Below, one piece after another: positions 1 to 9,319 of a DNA stretch of 64,000 nucleotides. Each line of letters opens with the position of its first letter. Within the stretch, counting starts at the first letter, position 1. The translations under genes were made by a program, and so were the position numbers. The notes beneath the pieces were generated by a model. It was given only the letters and a program-made list of their open reading frames with translations, was not told where the DNA came from and ran no database searches. This stretch comes from Candidatus Eiseniibacteriota bacterium (lineage in GTDB: Bacteria; Eisenbacteria; RBG-16-71-46), in NCBI GenBank assembly GCA_038231135.1, contig JBBRLX010000008.1, positions 32,001-96,000 on the forward strand, in the 5' to 3' direction.

Positions 1-677
1 TCGGCCTGCCATTCGGAGCGCGGCAGCGCGAGATACACCAGCTCCGCGCCCGCCTGATCGACCACGCCCGGCAGGTCCTGCACCGTGCCGAGCACGCGCA
101 CGCCCGCCACCCGCTCGCGGCGCGCCTCGATCGGATCCGCGGCCAGCACGCCCCGCACCATGATGCCGAAGTCCGGATGCTCGTGGAACTTGTGGATCAG
201 CGCCGCGGCCAGGTCGCCGGTGCCGACCACGATTGCATGCCGCAGATTGCGCCCGCTGCGGCGCAGCGCCCGCAGCGCCGAGCGCAGCGCGAACCGGCTC
301 GCCGCCAGCAGCACCACCGCCGTCACCGCGAACACCGCCAGCAGCGAGCGGGACAGTTCGCCGCGCGCGAAGAACGACGCGATCGCAGCGATCGATGTGA
401 CGACGCCCACGCCCTGGACGAGCGTGAACAGCTCCTCACCGATCCGGGTGGTGCGGGCCGAGCGGTAGAGCCGCAGGGTGCGCAGCACCAGCAGCGCGAC
501 CGGCGTGAGCACGGCGCCCATCCACAGATGGAGCGTCCACGGCGGCACGCCGAGCGGCGTCGCGAGGCCGAGGCCGAAAAACCGCAGCCAGTATGCGGCG
601 AGCCAGGCACCGGCGATGAGCGTGCCGTCGAGCACGAACAACAGGGTGGCGAACAGGTCCTTGTGGCGGGCAAACAC
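1..677 (-). CDS. Undecaprenyl-phosphate glucose phosphotransferase (WcaJ/WbaP-like), N-terminal part; runs off the left edge
   Basis: Not in the ORF track. Hand translation from GTG 677 gives VFARHKDLFATLLFVLDGTLIAGAWLAAYWLRF..., four hydrophobic helices, then a CoA-binding-like domain (RHAIVVGTGDLA...VLGTVQDLPGVV...VYLALP). The catalytic domain lies outside the window. Confidence 0.85.
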   Translation of the reverse strand, partial: MFARHKDLFATLLFVLDGTLIAGAWLAAYWLRFFGLGLATPLGVPPWTLHLWMGAVLTPVALLVLRTLRLYRSARTTRIGEELFTLVQGVGVVTSIAAIASFFARGELSRSLLAVFAVTAVVLLAASRFALRSALRALRRSGRNLRHAIVVGTGDLAAALIHKFHEHPDFGIMVRGVLAADPIEARRERVAGVRVLGTVQDLPGVVDQAGAELVYLALPRSEWQA

Positions 678-728
678 CGGCCAACCGTAGCAGCCTGCGC
701 CGCGGAGGCGCCAACGGCCCGCGCGGGG

Positions 729-818
729 TCACTCCAGGCACACCACCTTGCGCACGATCATCTGGCTACCGTGCTTCCGTCGAACGAGATACACGCCCGG
801 CGGTAGCCCGCGCGACAA
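729..818 (-). pseudogene. Orphan 29-codon remnant resembling the end of a FlgD/T9SS-type C-terminal domain
   Basis: Hand translation LSRGLPPGVYLVRRKHGSQMIVRKVVCLE*, compared with the CTD ends GSGVYYLRFEAGGVVMARRVTLVR* (18458) and GSGVYYYRLDAGNRSQLQKCVLLR* (55781) in this window. Confidence 0.55.
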
Positions 819-1949
819 TCAGCGGTCCCGGCGGCCCGCGAGCACTGATTCGTACACGTCCATGATTCCGCGCATCATCGCGTCGGTGGTGAACAGGCGG
901 TGCGCGCGGGCGCGGGCGCCCTCCCCCAGCCGCTGCCGCAGCGCATCGTCATCGAGCAGCCGACGCATCGCGCCGGCCAGCGCTTCGGGGTCGTTGTTCG
1001 GCACCACGAGGCCCGATTCGCCATCCTGGTTCACGAACGACGTGCCGGTGCCGACCTCGGTGCACACCATTGGCAGGCCGTAGGCCATCATCTCGGCCAT
1101 CGCCAGCCCGAAGGTCTCCTGTTGTGTGATCGACGGGAGAACGCCGATGTCCGCGGCCGCGATGTAATGCACCACACGCGAAGGTTCGATGCGCCCGGCG
1201 AACGTCACGCGATCGGACAACCCGAGCGCCGCGGTCCTTGCCGTCAGCCGTTCGAGCTCGGGTCCGCCGCCCACGACCACGAGACGCGCGTCCAAGTTTC
1301 GCATCGCCTCGATCAGCACGTGTACACCTTTGTAGGCCACCAGTCGTCCGACGAACAGAACGAGCGGCGTGCCGCAGCGGCCGCGCAACTCGGCGCCGAA
1401 CGCTTCGAGTTCGGGCCGGCGCTCGAACGCGTCGATCTCGATGCCGAGCGGCACCACGTGGCACTTGTGCTCGAACGCCTTCAGGTAAGGCGACCTGCGC
1501 GCCTGGCGCTCGTACGTCGGCATCACGGCATCGGCGTTGCGGACGATCGAACGCACGAAGTGTCCATAGATCGGCATCGCCAGCTTCTGGCGCGTGATGT
1601 CGATGTGCCACGTCACGACCATCGCGCCGCGCGGCCGCACCGTGAGCCAGCTCACCTCGCCCGGCGGGCTCGGATAGTGGAGGTGGCAGATGTCGGCGTC
1701 GAGCTTCGCGAGCTGGCCGGGCATGTCGGGGCAGAACGGCGCGGACAGCGCCCGGCCCCACTCCGCGCAGCGGATCACGCGCACGCCGGCGATCGTCTCA
1801 TCGATGGTGCGCCGCACACCGGGATGCGAGGTCAGCACGGTGACCTCGGCGCCGTGCTTCACCATCTGCACGGCGATGCGTTCCACGGTCTGCTCGATGC
1901 CGCCGACGGTGGGCGGGAAATAGTCCTTGTAGAGCTGAACCAATTTCAC
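819..1949 (-). CDS. Glycosyltransferase family 4 (GT-B)
   Basis: KDYFPPTVGGIE N-terminus, FVGRLVAYKG, and the EX7E motif ETFGLAMAE. Confidence 0.92.
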   Translation of the reverse strand: MKLVQLYKDYFPPTVGGIEQTVERIAVQMVKHGAEVTVLTSHPGVRRTIDETIAGVRVIRCAEWGRALSAPFCPDMPGQLAKLDADICHLHYPSPPGEVSWLTVRPRGAMVVTWHIDITRQKLAMPIYGHFVRSIVRNADAVMPTYERQARRSPYLKAFEHKCHVVPLGIEIDAFERRPELEAFGAELRGRCGTPLVLFVGRLVAYKGVHVLIEAMRNLDARLVVVGGGPELERLTARTAALGLSDRVTFAGRIEPSRVVHYIAAADIGVLPSITQQETFGLAMAEMMAYGLPMVCTEVGTGTSFVNQDGESGLVVPNNDPEALAGAMRRLLDDDALRQRLGEGARARAHRLFTTDAMMRGIMDVYESVLAGRRDR

Positions 1950-2501
1950 GCGCGGGACCCTGCTTCGCGGAATCGACGGGATGCGAGTGCCATGGGCCTC
2001 TATTCGTCCAAAGTGATCGAGTTGTGTAGCGCCGGTATGCGGGTCCCGCCCACGCGTGCAAAATGCACGACCGGGTCAAGCCGGGTCCCCTAACTGCCGA
2101 TCATCCACTGGATTCGAGGTGATTCCGACCCGGTGCACTCTGCCCCGGTAGCGCCTCTCGTCCTAAACGGAGTACGATCGCAGACTACCCCTCAGATTCC
2201 CCAGGTCATTGCGCCGCGAGGGGTTCGACGCGGGCGCCAACGCCCATGACGGGCCGGCGCGATCGAGTCGAACATTTCGGGCAGCATAATGGAATTGTTC
2301 CGCGACCGTCGAACTCCCGGCCTGTTGGATCGTGTGACGGCCCGGACCAGGGCAGCGGATTGGGGCCGCTCGAAGCACGCCACGATCGGGTCGCCGCGAG
2401 TTCATTCGCCAGGGAGCATGCGGATTCATGCGCGTCATCGTTACCAGCAGGAACCACCGAGGCATGACCCGGGACGACCGGTGCGAGCGGACGTGGGCGC
2501 C

Positions 2502-3569
2502 ATGACCGCGGCGCAGACGCCGGACATGCTGCCCGAGCCGGCGATCACGATCGGTATTCCGGTGTGGAACCGCGAGACGCTGGTCCGCAAGTCCGTGGAA
2601 TCCGCGCTGCGCCAGCCCGGCGACGATATCGAGATCCTGGTCGTCGACAACGCCTCCACCGACCGCACGTGGGACGTGCTGTGTTCCTACCACGATCCGC
2701 GGCTGCGACTCGTGCGCAACGATCGCAACGTCGGCCTGTTCGGGAACTTCAATCGCTGCATCCGGCTGGCGCGCGGCCGCTACGTGGTGACGTTGTGCTC
2801 GGACGACGTGCTGCGCGACGGCTTTCTCGAGCCCGCGCGCCGGCTGCTCGACGCCGATCCCCAACTCACCGTGGTGTCGCCGCGCGGCCTGGCGATCGAC
2901 GAGAAGCGCGGCGGCACGTTCGTGCTCGGCGGCACGCTCCCCGCCGGCCGCTACGCCCCCGGGGACGCCATCGCCGCGATCCTGTGGGCGCACGCGCTCT
3001 ACTACAAGAATCCGCTCAACTATCCGTCCGGCATCCTGCTGCGACGCGACGCGGCACTCGAGCAGGGCGTAATGGACGAGTCGATGCGTTACGGCGCCGA
3101 CATGAAACTCTACCTGGGGATGCTCGATCGCGGCGCGCTCGCGATTCTGGATCGGACGAGCTGCGAGGTGCTGATCCACACCGGGCAGGAGAACGAGGCG
3201 ATCTTCCAGGACCTGCGGCACGTGCGCGAGTACGCGGATCACTACGTGCGCTACGCGTCCGTGATCGAGCAGCACGGGCTGGCGGGCCACGTGCGATCGC
3301 ATCTGGGCGGCTACCTGCTCGGCACGTACGCCCGGCTGCGCCGCATGGGCCGCTCCGAGGTCGCAGCGGAGTGCATGCAGCTGTTCCGCGACCGTGGTCA
3401 CACGCTGGCGCCGTCGGTGAACGGGCTGATGGACAGCCTGCGCCGCCGCGGACGGCTCAAGCGGGATGGACGCCTCACGAGCCCGGTGCCGGTGACCCCG
3501 TTGACCGATACCTCCGCCAGCTCCCCGCCCGCAGTCACGGCGGCGCCCGCGACACCGGTGCCGGCATGA
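2502..3569 (+). CDS. Glycosyltransferase family 2 (GT-A)
   Basis: ITIGIPVWNRE, ILVVDNASTD, NVGLFGNFN, LCSDD. Start moved from 2289 to ATG 2502; ATG 2526 is also possible. Confidence 0.88.
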   Translation: MTAAQTPDMLPEPAITIGIPVWNRETLVRKSVESALRQPGDDIEILVVDNASTDRTWDVLCSYHDPRLRLVRNDRNVGLFGNFNRCIRLARGRYVVTLCSDDVLRDGFLEPARRLLDADPQLTVVSPRGLAIDEKRGGTFVLGGTLPAGRYAPGDAIAAILWAHALYYKNPLNYPSGILLRRDAALEQGVMDESMRYGADMKLYLGMLDRGALAILDRTSCEVLIHTGQENEAIFQDLRHVREYADHYVRYASVIEQHGLAGHVRSHLGGYLLGTYARLRRMGRSEVAAECMQLFRDRGHTLAPSVNGLMDSLRRRGRLKRDGRLTSPVPVTPLTDTSASSPPAVTAAPATPVPA

Positions 3570-4999
3570 CGATGGGTCTGCGGCTGAGCCGGGCGCCTCG
3601 CTACGCGGACGTCACGCTGTTTGGGCTCGGACTCGTGGCCCTGATCGCCACGATCTGGGGTGTGCTGGTGTTCGGCTCTGCAGGTCTGCCGCGGACGCTC
3701 GCGCTCGGCGCCGCGCTGCTGGCCCTGGTGCTCACGATCCTGTGGCGCCGGCCGTTCGAAACGCTGGCTTGGCTCCCAATCCTCATGGTGTCGCCCGAGT
3801 TCCTGGAAGTGTTCGCCTACGAACTGGTGGTGATTCCCCTGATGGCGTTCATGCTGTTCTACGCCCACCGTAAGCGGCTGCGCTGGGCGTTCCAGCTCGA
3901 CCCGATCGAGGTCGTGCTGTTGATGTTCCTGGGCTGGTGCACGTTCTCGGTGTTCTGGGTGCGGGATTCGTGGTGGTGGGTGTTCGGTATCCGCAAGCTG
4001 GTGGTCGGCTTTATCGCGCTGTGGGTGGCGTGGCGCTGGAGCCGGTTCGTGCGTCCGGACATCATGCTCAACAGCATCGTCGCCACGTCGATACTCCTGT
4101 CGCTCGCGACGGTGCGTCAGGCCGGCAGCCAGGGCTGGTTCACCGGAGTGCAGCACGAACACATGCGCGTCCAGGCCTCGGACCTGGGCTGGGGCGCCGG
4201 GAACTACATCGCCGCGCTGCTCTCGATGTTGCTGCCCACCGTGATCAACCAGGCGATGATAGCGAGGAATCAAGGGGCCCGTATGCTCGGCATCCTCGGA
4301 ATCCCGCTGTCGGCCATGGTCGTGACGATTGCATCGTCCCGCGGCGGATTTCTGCTCACCCTGGGCATCGCGCTATTCATGGTGTTTCGCTCGCGCATCA
4401 AGTCGTGGGTGCTGTGGGTCACCACCCCGCTGGCGCTGTCCCTGCTGATATTCGGCCCTGGCGCCAAGCTGCTGCTGTCGCGGTTCCAGAACGTGGAGGG
4501 TGTGTATAGCGCCGTCGTCCGGCTCATGTTTTTCCGGGAGGCGTGGCGACGCGTGGTCGCGTTCTGGCCGCTCGGCATGGGCTGGAACCAGGGCTTCGGC
4601 GCTCCCGACCGCCTGTACAAATCGGATCCGCACAACGCCCTGCTCGTGATCGCGAGCGAGCTCGGACTGCTCGGCCTCGTGTTGTGGTTCACGTACCTCG
4701 TCTTGATCTACCGGCGCATCCTCAAGATCGCCCGGCACCCCGCCACCCGGGTCGAGGGTCAGGCGATTCAAATCACATTCTGGATCATCCAGGTGAATTC
4801 GATGTTCGAGCCCACGATCTTCGCGGCGCAGTATTTCTTCCTGATGAACTGGATCTTCGGGAGCTACATCGGGTGGGCCGAGCGCGTTTGGGCCGGGGTG
4901 GATCCCGCGACCGAGGCGATGCCGACGATGGCAGCGGCGAAGCCGGCGCCACGCATCGTGGCGCTGCCGCACGCCGGAGTCGAATCCGCGGGATCCTGA
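3566..4999 (+). CDS. O-antigen ligase / Wzy polymerase family membrane protein
   Basis: ATGA overlap with the GT2 stop; about 12 hydrophobic segments; SSRGG and DPHNALL...SELGLLG motifs typical of Wzy_C. Confidence 0.85.
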   Translation: MTMGLRLSRAPRYADVTLFGLGLVALIATIWGVLVFGSAGLPRTLALGAALLALVLTILWRRPFETLAWLPILMVSPEFLEVFAYELVVIPLMAFMLFYAHRKRLRWAFQLDPIEVVLLMFLGWCTFSVFWVRDSWWWVFGIRKLVVGFIALWVAWRWSRFVRPDIMLNSIVATSILLSLATVRQAGSQGWFTGVQHEHMRVQASDLGWGAGNYIAALLSMLLPTVINQAMIARNQGARMLGILGIPLSAMVVTIASSRGGFLLTLGIALFMVFRSRIKSWVLWVTTPLALSLLIFGPGAKLLLSRFQNVEGVYSAVVRLMFFREAWRRVVAFWPLGMGWNQGFGAPDRLYKSDPHNALLVIASELGLLGLVLWFTYLVLIYRRILKIARHPATRVEGQAIQITFWIIQVNSMFEPTIFAAQYFFLMNWIFGSYIGWAERVWAGVDPATEAMPTMAAAKPAPRIVALPHAGVESAGS

Positions 5000-5082
5000 C
5001 GGGGCGCTGCCGCCGCCGCGACTCCGACTACCGGGGTGCCGCAGTGCCCGCGGGTGCCGTCATTGGGCGCGAACGGCGACGA

Positions 5083-6165
5083 TCACGCCGCGGCGGGGCG
5101 CCTCGGCCATAATGCCACGTACAGCGAGGTCGCCATGAACGCGAGCAACGTCGTCATGATTGCGATCGTGGCGCGCCGGGGCCTAGCTTGATGCTCGGTG
5201 GGATAGGCGTGGTCGAGAATCTGCACGGTGGGTGTGTCCATCATCTCGCGAATCCGCGCCTGCTCGAGTTCCGCCGTGAGCAGCAGGAACACTTGTTCCT
5301 GGACCTTTTGATCGCGGATCATGCGCGTGAGGTCGCTCTGCATCGCGGGCAGCGTCGCGATCCGTTGCTCGAGCTGGTCGAGTTCGGTCTTCGCGGACTG
5401 GATCTCGTCGTTGTCCTCGCGCAGGTAGGTGCGCAGCACGCCGAGCCGCACTTCGAGGGCGATTTTGCGCGCCATGAGGTCGGCCGATGACTGCATGTCG
5501 CCCGAGTTGATCGAGGTGGGCACGACCGTGTGACGCTTCTCCTGGTAGGTCTTGATCGTGTTCTCGGTCACTCGCAGCGTCGAGTCGGTTTCACGGACGC
5601 GCTGCTCCAGGAACTCGCGGGTGCGCCTGGCCCGGGTGTTGCGAGTGCCGATGTTGTAGCGGTCGAGCTCCTGCAGGAAGGCCATTGCCATGTCCGCGGC
5701 ACGTTTGGAGTCGCGGTCCTCGACCGACACCGAGATGATGCCCTCGGGAGCCAGCTTCACGCTGTAATGGGTTTTCAGTTCCTTCAGGGTCTTCTCGCGA
5801 CTCTTGAGCTTGTAGACCTTCTGCAGGTTGAACCGGTCGATCACGGCGCCCTGGATCGTCTCGCTGGCGAGTTCCGCCTTGAACACATCCGCAGGCGTGA
5901 AGAAGTCTCCCAGCGATCCGAATTGCGGGAACTTGGACAGGGCCTTCTGTGCCAGTCCCATGTTCGTAAGCAGGTCGCTGTCGTCGGGTGGCAGGATCGT
6001 GGCCTGGGCGCGATACCAGTTCGGCAACAGGAACGCCAACCCCAGCGTGAGCAGCCCGGCCGCGAGCGAAACGATCGCGATCCGGAAACGATCCTGCCAG
6101 ATGCGCCCCACCAGCACCTGCAGATCGAGACGTGTCGGAAGCGGGGTGACGGGTTCGGTGGCCAT
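5083..6165 (-). CDS. Wzz/GumC-type polysaccharide chain-length regulator, no kinase domain
   Basis: N-terminal TM followed by PNWYRAQATILPP, a long coiled coil, then VQILDHAYP..RPRR and a C-terminal TM. Confidence 0.88.
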   Translation of the reverse strand: MATEPVTPLPTRLDLQVLVGRIWQDRFRIAIVSLAAGLLTLGLAFLLPNWYRAQATILPPDDSDLLTNMGLAQKALSKFPQFGSLGDFFTPADVFKAELASETIQGAVIDRFNLQKVYKLKSREKTLKELKTHYSVKLAPEGIISVSVEDRDSKRAADMAMAFLQELDRYNIGTRNTRARRTREFLEQRVRETDSTLRVTENTIKTYQEKRHTVVPTSINSGDMQSSADLMARKIALEVRLGVLRTYLREDNDEIQSAKTELDQLEQRIATLPAMQSDLTRMIRDQKVQEQVFLLLTAELEQARIREMMDTPTVQILDHAYPTEHQARPRRATIAIMTTLLAFMATSLYVALWPRRPAAA

Positions 6166-6172
6166 CAGGGTC

Positions 6173-7822
6173 CTATCGTATCGTGTGGAATGCGAGCACC
6201 ACGGTCGCAACCTGGGCCGCTGCCATCAGCACGGTGCTGGCCTGTTCCCAGAACGTCACGTCACGCTTCTCGGGAACCCAGATGAAGTCGCCCGGGTCGA
6301 GTTTCTGGAGGTCCTTGGCGAGGAACGTCTGTCCCGTCACCGAACGCGTGACCCGCACCTTCGCGCGCCACGCGCGCTCCGAGTAGCCGCCCGCGCCTCG
6401 CACGTAGTCTGCCACGCTCTCGCCCGGACGGTACGATACGATGCCCGGACGGCGCACCTGGCCGTCCACCCGGATCGAATTCACGAGCCGCTCCACCAGG
6501 ACGACGTCGCCACCCAGGAGCAGGACGTCGAGTGACGGCTCCGACTGGAGCCGGCTCCAGTCGATGCGATACTCCTCCCGCTGGCCCGCGAGCTTGGTGT
6601 TCAGCACTTCGTACTCCGAGTCGGTCAGTTCGCGGCGCGACAATCGCAGCAGGCGCTGCAACTCGGGATCCTCGGCGGGAAGGACACCGCTCGGGCGGCG
6701 CATGCGGATCGACGCCAGATCGGCGCCGGGCAGGAAGCCGCCGGCGGCGCGGATCGCGTCGGTCACGCGATCCCTCCCCACCGTGATGGGATAGGACCCC
6801 GGCCGCATCACCTGACCGTATACGGTCACGTCGTTCTGCTGCTGGTATTGCGAAATGAAATAGATATACAGCCGGTCGCCGTTGCGAAGGGGCGGATTCA
6901 CGGTCCCGTCCAGCACCTTCGTCACCTCGACCCACGATGTATCGGTATGCACGGCGTCCAGCCAGCGGACGAACAACGCCCGGGTCTCATCCGCCGACGG
7001 TACGAGGCCGCCGCCGAGCGCGAGCAGGGTACGCAGGCTGTCGCGCGGACCCATCTCGTAGCGCGACGGCCGGGCGACGGCGCCCTGGATGGTCACGAAG
7101 CTCGTGGCGGTGGGCACGTGCAGCACGTCGCCGTCGCGCACCCACGGGTTGAGCGACTGGCTCGACGTGCGAAGAAACAGTTCGAGGTCGGCGCGTTCGC
7201 GGGTCCCGTCCCGGTGCACGACCTCGATCTGGCGCAACGACGCGTTATCGAGCGGCTCCGACTGTAGGATCAGGTCCCCCACGCGGCTCGTACCGGTCGC
7301 GGGGTAGGGACCGGGAGTCTTGACGTTTCCGGTGACGTAAATGAGGAATGTGCGCGGCCGCATCAGGCGCACGTCCATCGCCACGCTCCGGAAATCGGGT
7401 TTCAAACGCGCCAGGATGCGGTTGCGCGCCTCCCGCAGCGTGAGCCCGTTGACGTCGAGGGTGCCCGAGCTCGGCAGCAGCACGGTGCCTTCGGGCCCGA
7501 CTTCGAGCGTGATCAGACGCGAAATCCCACCGGTGATGCTGAGCTGGAGCACGTCGCCGGGTCCCATGAGATAGGTGGCCGGGTCCACCGCGCCCGGCAG
7601 CTGGAGCTGCGCCGAGCTCGTGAGCTGGCGCCGCAACTCGTCGCGCCGGACCGCGGCCTCGCGGGTGGCTTCGGCGTCGCGACTGCCCTGGGTTTCCGTT
7701 GGGCTGGTCGAACGGGGCTGGGGTTCGGCCTGGTCCTGTTCGTCCTGCGCCAGCGCCGGCAGCGACGCCATCATGGCGATCACCGTAACCAGCAACCCGA
7801 TCCGTCGAGTCCCGTGCATCAT
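6173..7822 (-). CDS. Polysaccharide export protein with multiple SLBB domains (Wza/KpsD-like)
   Basis: Signal peptide, YLMGPGDVL Poly_export motif, repeated GxVxxPGxY SLBB units, C-terminal amphipathic helix; ATGA overlap with rmlB. Confidence 0.88.
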   Translation of the reverse strand: MMHGTRRIGLLVTVIAMMASLPALAQDEQDQAEPQPRSTSPTETQGSRDAEATREAAVRRDELRRQLTSSAQLQLPGAVDPATYLMGPGDVLQLSITGGISRLITLEVGPEGTVLLPSSGTLDVNGLTLREARNRILARLKPDFRSVAMDVRLMRPRTFLIYVTGNVKTPGPYPATGTSRVGDLILQSEPLDNASLRQIEVVHRDGTRERADLELFLRTSSQSLNPWVRDGDVLHVPTATSFVTIQGAVARPSRYEMGPRDSLRTLLALGGGLVPSADETRALFVRWLDAVHTDTSWVEVTKVLDGTVNPPLRNGDRLYIYFISQYQQQNDVTVYGQVMRPGSYPITVGRDRVTDAIRAAGGFLPGADLASIRMRRPSGVLPAEDPELQRLLRLSRRELTDSEYEVLNTKLAGQREEYRIDWSRLQSEPSLDVLLLGGDVVLVERLVNSIRVDGQVRRPGIVSYRPGESVADYVRGAGGYSERAWRAKVRVTRSVTGQTFLAKDLQKLDPGDFIWVPEKRDVTFWEQASTVLMAAAQVATVVLAFHTIR

Positions 7823-8871
7823 GCCTTCACCTCTTTGAGCACGCGTCGCTGACCGTACATGCGCTCGTAGTACTGGCGGAACTCGCCGTCCTTGATCGGC
7901 CGCCACCACGCCTCGTGCGCGCGATACCATTCGACCGTCTGCCGGATCCCCGTTTCGAATGCCACCCGCGGCCGCCAGCCCGTCGCGCTCGTCAGTCGCG
8001 ACGAATCCACGGCATAGCGGCGGTCGTGGCCCAGCCGGTCGTCGACGTGACGGATCAGCGTCTGCGGCTTACCCAGCAGCTCGAGAATCGTGCGGGTGAT
8101 CGTGAGCACGTCGAGCTCGTGCTGCGCGCCGATGTTGAACGTGGCGCCCTCGATGCCGGGCTGTTCGAGCAGCGCGATGAGCGCGTCGCAATGATCGTCC
8201 ACGTGGAGCCAGTCACGCTGGTTGAGGCCGGTGCCATAGACCGGCAGCGGCGTGTCGTCGATCGCGTTCGTGATGAACAGCGGGACGAGCTTCTCGGGAT
8301 ACTGGCGCGGACCGTAGTTGTTGGAACAGCGGCTCACAACCACCGGCAGGCCATAGGTGGCCCAGTAGGCGTACGCCAGACGGTCGCCGCCGGCCTTGCT
8401 GGCGGCGTACGGACTGCGCGGGTTGAGCGGCCAGTCCTCGGTGGAGTGCCCTTCGAGCACCTCGCCATAGACCTCGTCCGTCGAAACCTGCAGGAACCGC
8501 CGCACCTTGCGGCGGCGGGCCTCCTCGCACAGCACGAACACACCATAGACGTCCGTCTGGATGAAATCGCCGGGATGCTCGATCGAGCGGTCGACATGGG
8601 ACTCGGCGGCGAAATTCAGCACGTAATCGCACCCCGTCATGGCGCGCGCGACGGCTTCGGGGTCGCGGATGTCGCCGTGCTCGAATGTCAGCGAGCGGGC
8701 GGGAATTCCGTCGAGGTTCTCCCTGCGGCCCGCATACGTCAGTGAATCGAGCACCACGATGTGGCTGGCGGGAAACCGCCCGAGAAACCGCTGGACGAAG
8801 TTGGAACCGATGAATCCCGCGCCGCCGGTCACCAGCACACGACTGCCGCCGAGCGGAGATCGATCAGCCAT
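7819..8871 (-). CDS. rfbB: dTDP-glucose 4,6-dehydratase
   Basis: VTGGAGFIGSNF, FAAESHVDRSI, STDEVYG, YAASK, CSNNYGP, GHDRRYA. Confidence 0.96.
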   Translation of the reverse strand: MADRSPLGGSRVLVTGGAGFIGSNFVQRFLGRFPASHIVVLDSLTYAGRRENLDGIPARSLTFEHGDIRDPEAVARAMTGCDYVLNFAAESHVDRSIEHPGDFIQTDVYGVFVLCEEARRRKVRRFLQVSTDEVYGEVLEGHSTEDWPLNPRSPYAASKAGGDRLAYAYWATYGLPVVVSRCSNNYGPRQYPEKLVPLFITNAIDDTPLPVYGTGLNQRDWLHVDDHCDALIALLEQPGIEGATFNIGAQHELDVLTITRTILELLGKPQTLIRHVDDRLGHDRRYAVDSSRLTSATGWRPRVAFETGIRQTVEWYRAHEAWWRPIKDGEFRQYYERMYGQRRVLKEVKA

Positions 8872-9319
8872 CTACCCGGCTCCAGTCGTACGGCACACTC
8901 GGGTCGTGCGCCGGCACCCGGAACTCGTCGGGTTCGTCGTACACGTAGTGCTCGGTCGGCGTGTTGACGAGGTACGCGGCCTCGGTTCCGATGCCCTTCA
9001 TCCCGTGCATCACGAACGGAGGAATCACGAGCAGGATCGGATTGCGATCACCCATGAAGAACTCGTTGACTTCGCCCCGCGTGGCACCGGTCTCGCGGCT
9101 GTCATAGAGCACCACCTTGGCCATGCCCTTCACGAACACGAAGTGATCGGTCTGACGCTTGTGGAAATGCCAGCCCTTGACGACCCCCGGGTAAACGACC
9201 GACAGGTACACCTGCCCGAACTTCTGGTAGATGTCGTCGTCGTCCCTCAGCATTTCCATCAGCCAGCCACGCTCGTCCGGAATCACCTTGAGCCGCTTGA
9301 TGCGGACACCCTCGATCAT
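8864..9319 (-). CDS. rfbC: dTDP-4-dehydrorhamnose 3,5-epimerase family cupin (RmlC-like)
   Basis: DERGWLME, GVVKGWHFH, IPPFVMHG; adjacent to rmlB. Confidence 0.85.
   Translation of the reverse strand: MIEGVRIKRLKVIPDERGWLMEMLRDDDDIYQKFGQVYLSVVYPGVVKGWHFHKRQTDHFVFVKGMAKVVLYDSRETGATRGEVNEFFMGDRNPILLVIPPFVMHGMKGIGTEAAYLVNTPTEHYVYDEPDEFRVPAHDPSVPYDWSRVDG

Noticed and set aside
2055..2080. Sigma54-like GG...TTGC upstream of GT4
   Set aside because: GG-to-GC spacing is 11 nt rather than the required 10.
2205..2245. GGTTCGA...CCA resembling a tRNA 3' end
   Set aside because: No T-stem pairing or cloverleaf can be built.
2143..5036. CCCCGGTAG (2143-2151) / CTACCGGGG (5028-5036) inverted pair around the flipped cassette; also loosely ops-like
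   Set aside because: A 9-bp match between intergenic regions of this size is near chance at this GC; no recombinase nearby; it does not match GGCGGTAG.
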